From Octopus sinensis (Eukaryota): a stretch of DNA of 64,000 nt. Under the pieces are notes generated by a model. It made no database searches. It was not told where the DNA came from and was given only the letters and a program-made list of their open reading frames with translations. Positions 53,121 to 64,000 of this stretch are shown piece after piece. Position numbers and translations under genes: made by a program. How positions within the stretch are numbered: position 1 is the stretch's first letter; every line of letters starts with the position of its first letter. The DNA lies in the NCBI RefSeq assembly GCF_006345805.1, contig NC_043011.1, positions 67,220,464 through 67,284,463 of the forward strand, in the 5' to 3' direction.

Positions 53121-55959
53121 CGCCCTGGAGGAATGAATAAGATGACAGGAGAATATCATCAAATTTATACAAAACTGTTTGATTAAATATTCTTCTTTCA
53201 CTCTTTTTCTTTCCTTTTTTCTGTCGTCTTCTTTTTTCTGTTTTTTTCTGTCTTTTTCTTTTCACCTGTTATAAAATTGTAACTTAAAAACTGATGATGC
53301 CATTCCATCAACGTGTGGACACTGGTTGCTTTCGTTCATGCTTTACGTTTAAATTTCTATAATTTTGAATTTTTATCACTTCTTATTTTGAACTTGACAA
53401 AGACAGACTTACTGTTGAAATATCGTTCAACTAATAAAATATCTTACAATCGAATCGCGCTCTTCGTCTTGTCTGTTGACCTTTGTGAAGAATTACGTCA
53501 GTCCTTTTTATATTATTATTATTATTATTATTATTATTGATGTTATCATTATTATTGGGTAAATATTTAATTATTGCTTCTAGAATGATTCGTGTTATTT
53601 TTTATGTTACTTTTATAGAAATCAGTTGAATTTAAAATGAGAAAGTCTTTTTGCCATGCTACAATATTCTTCGATGCTTTGCTGAAAGATCAGTCAAGTA
53701 GTAATTCAATACATATTTGTATAACTAGAAATGAATTCATTACACCGGAAAAGCTCTCTTACATTTATTTTACCCGGCAGACGTGGACATTTATAAACAG
53801 AGTGAAACGAAGAAAAATATACACAAGGAATTATGAGTAGCCACATAGAAACATGATTTTCCAATACTCTTAGATTATGTGTTGTTTGAATATGGATTTA
53901 AAATGGCGCATTCTTTTCTGTTGTTGTTCATTTCTGTAATTCTTTCCTTAGTTTCAGAAATTATGTTTAAATCCATGTTAGAAACACCTCCTTTTCAAAA
54001 CTGAATGTATGCCATCCTTTGTGTTATTTCTATGTAATCAATTATACGTATGCTCTGTTAGCGTTTTCATTATCTGCTATGCGGCCATATCGGAGCACTG
54101 TCTTAAATTGATATTATTCTCTGATGTCGAGTTTAATATTTGTTTGGTATTCGTATTTTACCGACATGCACTTATCGTTTGATGAGTTTTCCTGCTTTGG
54201 CAGATGTAAATCTATACTATAATTGATAGTGAAAATACATTTTCTGTTCGGAATACATACACACACATATGCATGTATGTATACTCACACACATACACAC
54301 ATACACACACCCATATATACATGTTTGTATGTTTGCTTATATTTTTAGATATAGCAGGAACTATGCATTAATGTGAAAGATTACTGCATATTTGTGTAGT
54401 GCGCAAACTTAGTAGTCATTAAGAAGAATAATACTGTGTATATGCATATTTATATGTGTATGTATGTGTATACATATACAAAGTGCGTCATATATTTATA
54501 CATATATACATGCATACATACATAAATACATAAATACATATGTAAGTATACATTGTTGACCTCATACGAATTGAAAACTACGAGAGACCGCCCCTAAATC
54601 TCAAACAATACCACTTTAGAAGTTAGGTAGAAACCCAACAAATTAACTGAGATATGTTTATTCGAAAAGATTATGAAACGATGGAAGACAAAATTGACCC
54701 AAGTGCACTTTGAACACAGAATATTTTTTTAAAAACTGGAGCAAATCATTTTACCAATGTTTAAATGGTTCTGCCAGTGAACAGTTTTAAATTCAAAGAT
54801 ATACAGTACGATTACTTCTGAGCTTATCTTCGTAACCTAGTTCACATACATTTGCCCAGAATTGTAGAATATAAGAGACCATGGTATGTAACAAAATGGC
54901 CTTATATGGAAAATTTATCACAGCCACACCATCTGTCTCTTTGTGTTGTTTATGTTCTCATTTCTATATATAAAGAAGATTGAATAGAAAAAATATGTGG
55001 CAACATCTGTAACCTCTGCTGTGAATGAACGTTTTGATTCCAGTGCAAAGCTGCAATCTATTGTTGAAATCCGTCATTTAAGTAGGATACTCAGCTCATA
55101 TGATTTAGTATCACAGAATGTATTTTTATTGCAAATTACTTTTTAAAAATATATAAAATAAGACCAAAAAAATAATAATCCATCGCAATGTTATAACAAA
55201 GTTTGAAATAACATGTTACACGTAAACTCTCCCGATTTCCTTTCCATAAATTTGTATAGGGTATACAAATTTTATCTCGGATATGAAACGTCGGTCATAT
55301 TCTGTTAATAGTTTGTGGTTTATAATAGAAATTCATTTTGCCTCTAGAAGGAAGTGTAGCACGGAAGTGTATGAGATTAACCTGTTGCGAATTAATTCTT
55401 TTTACGTGATATTTTCTTTTATCGTTCTATATTTATTGATATTTTTATTCCTTGTATGTGTGTTAGAATCCCTAATATATTGGGTGAGAGTCTTTATACA
55501 TCACACCTGCAATGTAGTTTTGAAATAGTGGCATGAAAGAAATAGTCTTTTTCACATTATGCGGCAGTTAAAGAATGGCATCGAACTGAACGAAATAGAT
55601 TATGTTGACAGGAATACGGAATATGGAAATCGATATATCTTAGTTATGTGTGCTACGACAAGGAGGATAATACATTCCTATCTATTTTTTATATTTTGCT
55701 TCGTTTTCGGTCATATTTTTTATTTCATCGTTTTGGTAGTTTTTCTTATCACTAATACGAGAACACACGAAGTGGTTTGTGTAAAAATATATTAATCTTT
55801 TGAAACTGGGAAAAGTCGTTGTTACGAGATATTAGAGACAGATATGCTCAGTTTGAGTGGCTTTGAAATCAGCTAATCATAATTTCATAAAGCTAACTCT
55901 AACAATTAGTCAATAATACATCGTAGAATGAACCGATTCTAAGTGCAATTTTTTCTTGC

Positions 55960-57040
55960 ATGAGGCAAAATGAACGATTTCAAAGAACAATGTATTTGCG
56001 TGGAATTTTGTTTCGAAGTAGTGTAGTATTTAGGTTGAATGACTTAATTTTTCGATAGGCCAATGAAAAAGTGGAGAGATTTTTTGAACCGTACGGAGTT
56101 TCAGGAATGGCATTAGCGTTCCATATCAGAGAGGATATCTACCAAAGATGACACAATACCTGGATGATCTTTCCCAATAATTGACGACGTACACATTACG
56201 AAATACATTCTGTGATCCGTCAACATCATCGCTTCACTGTCTGTCCATGTTATTTACGGAGATACAAAAAATATCTGCAAAGATTTATAAATTATAATCT
56301 TAAAAGAAAACTTCTTGAAAGATGCTCCTTCTTGTCACACAATTTAAAAACTTGAAGATGCTTTATGTTGCTACACAATTTCTACTGTTTTCTGAGAGAT
56401 GATCAGAATGCGAACTGAATCACATTCGGTCAGAGAGTGTTTTGTTGTTCGAATTCTGATGAAAAAGTTCTGAAAAGTGTCGTAAAACTAGGTGTCTGGT
56501 TATAATGTTGAACCAAAAAGGAAATTATCGCAGTGCATTGTGGACTGTCACTGCACTGAGATATGATCATTAGAGCTCCTCGACCGGAAAAGCAATGTCG
56601 ATCATCCATCTTTATTTATAAGTTGTCGTTAATAATGAGCGCGACCAATGTGATCAGACGATTAGTAAGGAGTTTCACTAGAACATTCTGAAATGTTTGA
56701 AGAGGCATTGGTTAAACGGAACTCGGAGCCTGCACTATCACAACCTATCTGTTCACTCGTCGATCTTTATCTAAGGTATAGTGTTGTTGGATTATGAATA
56801 AGTGTGTAGCCGACATTCGCTTTACACTTTGGATTTTGGAAATGATAATTGTTTGTACGCCAAATTGAAATTCCTCCTGCAAGGTTGTGGATTCTGAATG
56901 AGACCAGAGATCGTATAAAATTCCTCGCGACACCTGAAGACTACCCCTGAAAACGTATTCCAGGAGTGCTCAATAATTGAAAAAAATGTTTCATTCTATC
57001 TCTAAAGACTCACTAGAATTATTTGCAATGAGAAAACTCT
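55960..57040 (+). mobile_element. Highly decayed mariner transposase
   Basis: MNDFKEQCICVEFCF (N-terminus); SGYNVEPKRKLSQ; QTISKEF; YAKLKFLLQG; TTPENVFQEC, in collinear order. Confidence 0.65.
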
Positions 57041-57310
57041 GATTAAATTATAAGTAGACCAATATTTTTTGTTCGGCTTCTTTTTGGGAGAAGCCTCCAA
57101 TACAAACATATACCCATATATATATTTAGTATCGCTATGACATTAATCCCGTTTGAATCTTTTAGACACTTTTGGATAAGGATTAAACAGTGCCAACATT
57201 TAATCAGCTTTCAGTCGATGTTATCCTCACCTCTGATTTAAATTAGTCCTTCGTGACTTAGTTTCATAATGCGACAATGTACGTATAGATATGAGTTCAT
57301 ATATATATAT

Positions 57311-57352
<42 letters not shown>

Positions 57353-57435
57353 GGTCCCGGGTTGATTCGGGGTTAACCACAGTAAATAAGGTACTCAATA
57401 CATAGCAGAGTAAAATTAATTTATTATATAGAAGG

Positions 57436-57486
57436 AGCTTCTACAGGACTAGAACTGTTTCATTCAAGAGAAATCATCAGGAAGCT
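57436..57486 (-). ncRNA. Type I hammerhead motif (family c), inverted copy
   Basis: Reverse complement of 60463..60513. Confidence 0.72.
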
Positions 57487-57749
57487 AGTTAACAAGAATT
57501 GTTTTGGCATTTATACATTTAGGCAGGTTTAAAGGGGTGGTGGTGGGGGACTTTTTGGGGGTAGGCATAGCGCAAAATATCATACTTAGGAGAGTGGTCA
57601 AGGAGTCAGTAGTAAAGTAGATAAAAGAATAAATAAAAGAATAAAAAAAATAAATAGAAGAATAGAGTTTTAGGTAAATAAGGAGACTCTCACTTATACA
57701 TATACACATATGTATATATATACACACAAACACATATACATACACACAT

Positions 57750-57791
<42 letters not shown>

Positions 57792-58309
57792 ATATACACA
57801 CGCGCCCACACATACATATACATACAAATATATACACACACACACATACACATACACACATACACACACATATATACATACACACATGCACACACATGTC
57901 CATATATACACATATATATATATATATATATATACATATGTGTACTTATACATACCTACACATACACACATATACATACACATACAAACCCATTCCCCTA
58001 TTTTAATTTTATTATTATTTTCATTTATTACTTTTGTTATCTTTGACCGCGGTCACAAGCATCTTGGCTATCATCCCCCTGGGGACGACAGCAAGTCCAT
58101 TTATCTTTCTACTCGAACACAAGCACTCACTCACGCACGCACACTCATTCGCACGCACACACACTCATTCGTACACTCATACACATACACGCAGGCACGC
58201 GTTATATTCATACATACATACACCTATACATACATACCTATATACACATACACACACCCCCACACATATACATATACATATATATACACACATACATACA
58301 TATACACAC

Positions 58310-58352
<43 letters not shown>

Positions 58353-58979
58353 TATATACATATATATATACATACACACATATACACATATACATGCGTA
58401 CACATACACACACACACGCGCATCCATATATACACATACGTACACACATGCGTAAAAGTATACATATATTTATACATATGCTTACACATACACACACACA
58501 CACACACGCGCCTCTTTATGTTCATATACTTACATGCATACTCAAAAAATAAATAATAAAATATATATACTTGCAGTTACCTATTATACAGACGGATACA
58601 TACATATAAACTTACACATATATACCTATTTACACATATGTATATATACATACATACATATATAACTCTACATACCTACATATACATAAACACACGAGCG
58701 TACACGTATATGTACATATACACATATACATACATATACATATACATATATATACACATATATATATATATATATTTACATATATATATATATATATGTG
58801 CGTATACATACATACATACACATACACACACACACATACACATACACACACTCACGCGCCACCTTATATACATAAATACATACATGCATACAAACGCATA
58901 CTCAAGTAATAAATAATAAGTAATAAGTATATATACATGCAGTTACCCTTTATACAGACGGAAACATTCATATAAACAT

Positions 58980-59023
<44 letters not shown>

Positions 59024-59081
59024 CTACACATATGCATATATACACACATACATGCACATACGTATAACTCTACATACCTAC

Positions 59082-59113
<32 letters not shown>

Positions 59114-59202
59114 CCATCTACACATCTGTATATACACACACATACATGCACATACACATAACCCTACATACCTACATATACATCGACACACTAGCGTACA
59201 CT

Positions 59203-59234
<32 letters not shown>

Positions 59235-59246
59235 ACACACACTCAT

Positions 59247-59341
<95 letters not shown>

Positions 59342-60163
59342 TATATATACATACATACACACACACACACACATAATACATGCGTATATTCCTACTATAC
59401 CCATACATTTCTATACATATATGCGATACACATATACAAGCGTACACATACAATATGTGAAAGGTCTTAGGAGAAAAGGTAATCGGGGGTGCTAGGGGAA
59501 CGGTGGGATTGGGGGGGTTGTGGGTGGGGTGTCGTCAATCTGGTTGCCGGGTAGGTCTATAGTTCTTGTAGTTTGCGTAAGTCTTATGCATGCAATTTGG
59601 GGAGTGTTCTGAGATCTTGTCTTCTGTGGGTGTATTGAGGTATGTATGTGTAAGCGTGTAGACATGAATCTGTAGGTACGCGTACGTATGTGTATATATG
59701 TGAATGTATGTAGATGTATGTATGTATGAATATAACGCGTGCGTGCGTGTATGTGTATGAGTGTACGAATGAGTGTGTGTGCGTGCGAATGAGTGTGCGT
59801 GCGTGAGTGAGTGCTTGTGTTCGAGTAGAAAGATAAATGGACTTGCTGTCGTCCCCAGGGGGATGATAGCCAAGATGCTTGTGACCGCGGTCAAAGATAA
59901 CAAAAGTAATAAATGAAAATAATAATAAAATTAAAATAAGGGAATGGGTTTGTATGTGTATGTATATGTGTGTATGTGTAGGTATGTATAGGTACACATA
60001 TGTATATATATATATATACACATATGTATATATATATATATATATGTGTATATATGGACATGTGTGTGCATGTGTGTAAGTATATATGTGTGTGTATGTG
60101 TGTATGTGTATGTGTGTATGTATATATTTGTATGTATATGTATGTGTGGGCGTGTGTGTATAT

Positions 60164-60201
<38 letters not shown>

Positions 60202-60462
60202 GTGTGTATGTATATGTGTGTGTGTGTATATAAATACATATGTGTATATGTATAAGTGAGAGTCTCCTTATTTACCTAAAACTCTATTCTTCTATTTATT
60301 TTTTTTATTCTTTTATTTATTCTTTTATCTACTTTACTACTGACTCCTTGACCACTCTCCTAAGTATGATATTTTGCGCTATGCCTACCCCCAAAAAGTC
60401 CCCCACCACCACCCCTTTAAACCTGCCTAAATGTATAAATGCCAAAACAATTCTTGTTAACT

Positions 60463-60513
60463 AGCTTCCTGATGATTTCTCTTGAATGAAACAGTTCTAG
60501 TCCTGTAGAAGCT
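60463..60513 (+). ncRNA. Type I hammerhead motif (family c)
   Basis: AGCTTC-CTGATGA-T TTC(TCTT)GAA T-GAAA-CAG(TTCTAGTC)CTG-TA^-GAAGCT: 6-bp stem I, 3-bp stem II with a U.U at its base, full stem III. Confidence 0.72.
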
Positions 60514-60554
60514 CCTTCTATATAATAAATTAATATATATATATATAATTATAT

Positions 60555-60664
60555 ATAAGGATAAGATCGTTAATTTAAATTAAATAACGATCATATCAAA
60601 TGGCCTGCATGGAAATAAAACCTTTAATAAGATCGTTAATTTAGATTAACGATCTTATCCTTAT
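60555..60664. repeat. 110-bp element with a perfect 20-bp terminal inverted repeat and internal copies
   Basis: ATAAGGATAAGATCGTTAAT (60555..60574) and ATTAACGATCTTATCCTTAT (60645..60664). Confidence 0.85.
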
Positions 60665-60828
60665 TACATATAAATTTTAAATTTATTTCGTCATTGTATT
60701 TACTGCGGCGATGTTTTAACCATATCGCACGAGGAGTTACGAAGCGAACAATTTAAACTGGTCGTGTTGCATACGTGCATATATATGTATGTATACATTC
60801 GTATATGTAAGTATTCATATGGTATATG

Positions 60829-60883
<55 letters not shown>

Positions 60884-61098
60884 TTATGTTGCGTTCTGCG
60901 TATATTCCACTGATGAGACACAGCATTTCTTAATGAAAAGCCAGAAATCCAGGATCTGGAATTATCCAGTAATTATTTGCTAGTTCTATTTTGTCTTCTC
61001 GCCTTGTGCTGTATGAATATCTAATGTGATTTTAGAGTCAGATTTTGGCTGCTATTTTCAGCATGGCAGTATCTCGTAGATAGCCTAAATTATAATTT

Positions 61099-61204
<106 letters not shown>

Positions 61205-61209
61205 GAACG

Positions 61210-61284
61210 GATGCACTGAAGAAGCACGGACATTTGGATTGCATAAGTAATTCTCTTGTTAAGGCTGAAACCGAGGTATGCATT
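61210..61284 (+). ncRNA. Minimal hammerhead motif (family d), copy 1
   Basis: ATGCA-CTGAAGA-AGC..GCT-GAAA-C(CGAG)G-TA^-TGCAT, predicted cut after 61278. Confidence 0.8.
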
Positions 61285-61750
61285 TAATTCTGTTTTTTAT
61301 ATAAATTTTCATCTGTCATGCCCGCCAAAATTGGTTCTGGTGTTCGCTGTATTTTTCCTCTAGAGAATTTCCCTTGTAGTTTGACCGTTGATGGTCTATT
61401 TCTAGCATATGGCCGACTCCCTAGCAGTAAGCCCTGCCAATATACACATATATTAGAATTTTCTCTGACTCCTCAGATTTTTGTATGCTGGACTACTGGT
61501 TTTAAATTGATATTAAAATTAATATTAATTTATCTCCCTCATTATTTAAATATTGAAATAAATACGTTCTCTAGTACTAAGCACGAACCGCAGTGAATTA
61601 TTCACTGCAGCCCTTCGCCTCAGAAATTTATTAGCACGCCAGAGCCAAGACATTTGAAATTTTATCACTAGTGTAATCGGTAAAGCTACACACGTGTCTG
61701 TACTGGCACGAAAGCTGGGGTTAGCTTTTCCGTTTACATTACTATGAACG

Positions 61751-61825
61751 GATGCACTGAAGAAGTACGGACATTTGGATTGCATAAGTAATTCTCTTGT
61801 TAAGGCTGAAACCGAGGTATGCATT
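61751..61825 (+). ncRNA. Minimal hammerhead motif (family d), copy 2
   Basis: Same motif with AGT..GCT (U.G wobble), predicted cut after 61819. Confidence 0.78.
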
Positions 61826-62229
61826 TAATTCTGTTTTTTATATAAATTTTCATCTGTCATGCCCGCCAAAATTGGTTCTGGTGTTCGCTGTATTTTTCCT
61901 CTAGAGAATTTCCTTGTAGTTTGACCGTTGATGGTCTATTTCTAGCATATGGCCGACTCCCTAGCAGTAAGCCCTGCCAATATACACATATATTAGAATT
62001 TTCTCTGACTCCTCAGATTTTTGTATGCTGGACTACTGGTTTTAAATTGATATTAAAATTAATATTAATTTATCTCCCTCATTATTTAAATATATATATA
62101 TATATATATACATACATTTAAAATAGATAGATAGATACCCTAATTTATAATTATATATATATACTGTTGTTTGTAACAGGCCCATTCACAAGTTGCCTAT
62201 GTGCCTGGAACTGTGTTACGATATGAAGA

Positions 62230-63140
62230 AATCGCCTACTGATGTTTTCATATAATCACATCGTTCAACAATGTTTTTAATACAACCATTGCGTCTTTAA
62301 TCAAAGTTTCAAGAAGCAATGTCTTTGTTCTATATTTTGTTATAATCCCCTCGTTGATTTGTGTTTTGTCTGGCTGCACCGATTATCTATAATCTCTTAT
62401 AACTAAGTTGTTTATCATTATCTTCATAAAACCCACATCATTGATCTGTGTTTTGGTAAACACACGGAGTTGATCCACACTTTCATATCACCACGCCGTT
62501 GATAGATATTTTTATATAAGCTAATTGTTGCTCTATATTTGGCAATGACTAACTCGTCGATCTATATTTAGTTATCATCATTGATCAATGTTCTCATACA
62601 ACTAAGTCACTGATCTATGTCTGTCTACACAATGGCATCGTTGATCTGCTTTGGTTAAACCACGTTACTGATCTCTGTTTTAATATAGTTACGCCATTCA
62701 TCTCTGTTTAGAATTGCCACGTTGTTGATCTACGCTTTGATCTATCTATATTGTACATCCATGTTTTGTCTTAATATAAGCATGTATGTGTTTTGATATG
62801 ATCTCACTATTGATCTCTTTTAGTATGACCATGTTGAATTAGGATCAACATAGAGCAATTGTGTGGTTTTGAGAAAACATAGAGTAACGATGTGTATTTT
62901 CTGAAAACATTGTTCGACGACCTTGTTATTTGAAAGTATAAATGATCGGCAGAGCTATGTAAAAGCACGGATCAACGTCGTGTCTATAACAAAATAATTC
63001 TCCATCGTTTATCTATAATTTTCTTATAACTAGGTTTTTGAATTTTGCAGTAGCGATATTAGCAAGAGTCATTAGAGCCACACCGTTGATCATTGATTTT
63101 ATATAACAACATCATTCTTGTTTGTTTTAATATAGCCACG
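62230..63140. repeat. Degenerate minisatellite of about 29 bp with an inverted block
   Basis: (T)GATC-like cores at 62443, 62472, 62501, 62530, 62559, 62583, 62612, 62643, 62670, 62699 and 62727. Reverse units (GATCAAC) at about 62820..62985. Confidence 0.7.
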
Positions 63141-64000
63141 TAGTTCTGAGGGAAATGTAACGTTCCGTTGAATAGCAAATTGTCCAAGTTTTGAGAACAA
63201 TTTATTTTTATTGAATAAATTCAGAAACCCTACAGTAAATTTGAACATTTACAAATCAAAATCATATATAAATGAAGAAATAGATTCTCTATTTTGGTTA
63301 AATATAGATATCATCGAGCAATCGATTGATCCGTCAAAAGTATCACTGAATTGTCTTCCAAACCATTCTGTAATATATCAAAAACGAAACCGAAATGTTA
63401 ACTAATATAGTTTTAGATATATTATGTTTGAATAGCAGACGATAGTTAAAGTTCAAACAACTTTGACCATTGCTCTGTTCGATTATGGCTTACGACTATT
63501 TGTAAGGCGATAAGATATGTAAGTTGAGGGAGATTTAGCTGATGCTTCTAGCGACCTGTTAAACTACGTGGAGATACCTTCGATGAGGTCACACCAATGG
63601 ATGTTGTGTATTTGTCAGATAGGTTACGGTTAACACAGGCTTAGTTTACTTTATATCTAGACTCAAGAAAGAATGGAAAGGACACGGCACTTGAGACACG
63701 TCTGTGAACTATAATCTAAGTGTTTTAGAAATATCAAATCAATGATTTATTCATCTTCTTTGGCCGGTCAAAAATGGACAGATCGATAGAGTCTGTGTAC
63801 ATGAAACTCAAATAAATTGCTTCCTGATATCTCAATATTACAGTTCTTAAGTAGCACTAAAAATAATTGTAATAACTCAGAGTAGTAAATGCGACTACCC
63901 CTGAGACAATGGTGATGACAAGCAGAAATGGATCCAGTCTGTTACTCAGACTTTGATATATATTTCTTCTAATGACAATTAAAACTTGACTTGATGAACT

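Larger units (their letters stand above)
57415..60534. repeat. About 810-bp near-identical inverted repeats (57415..58225 and 59712..60534) around a 1.5-kb spacer, Penelope-like
   Basis: Both unique blocks and the microsatellite between them are mirrored. Each arm carries a hammerhead motif near its outer end. Confidence 0.92.

Noticed and set aside
60905-60950. Other CTGANGA hits (also near 1480, 28480, 42390, 52115, 53290 and 56935)
   Set aside because: None has GAAAC, an NUH triplet and a closing stem I together, so they are not hammerheads.
62230-63140. CRISPR-like array
   Set aside because: Eukaryotic context, contiguous degenerate units with no unique spacers, and no cas genes.

Overview
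Eukaryotic, very AT-rich, microsatellite-dense DNA with no recognisable host protein-coding exon. The SINE families resemble those I recognise from octopus, so the source is probably a coleoid cephalopod (inference). Most of the window is mobile DNA: R4/Dong-type RLE retrotransposons separated by (TAA)n, a Tx1/L1-type ORF2, RTE and CR1-like 3' ends, several decayed Tc1/mariner copies and MITEs, and four tRNA-derived SINE families. Two systems stand out. (1) An ORF1-only, half-L1-like retroelement with a gag-type CCHC knuckle and no EN/RT. It is 2.2 kb with a 13-bp TSD, and it and a diverged relative have each inserted at the same nucleotide of a SINE's tRNA head. (2) Four unrelated type I hammerhead ribozyme motif families (seven copies, all with a GUA cleavage triplet) in Penelope/retrozyme-like direct or inverted repeats. 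One tandem pair would release a 541-nt monomer. All structures were read by eye; no alignment, folding or database search was run.
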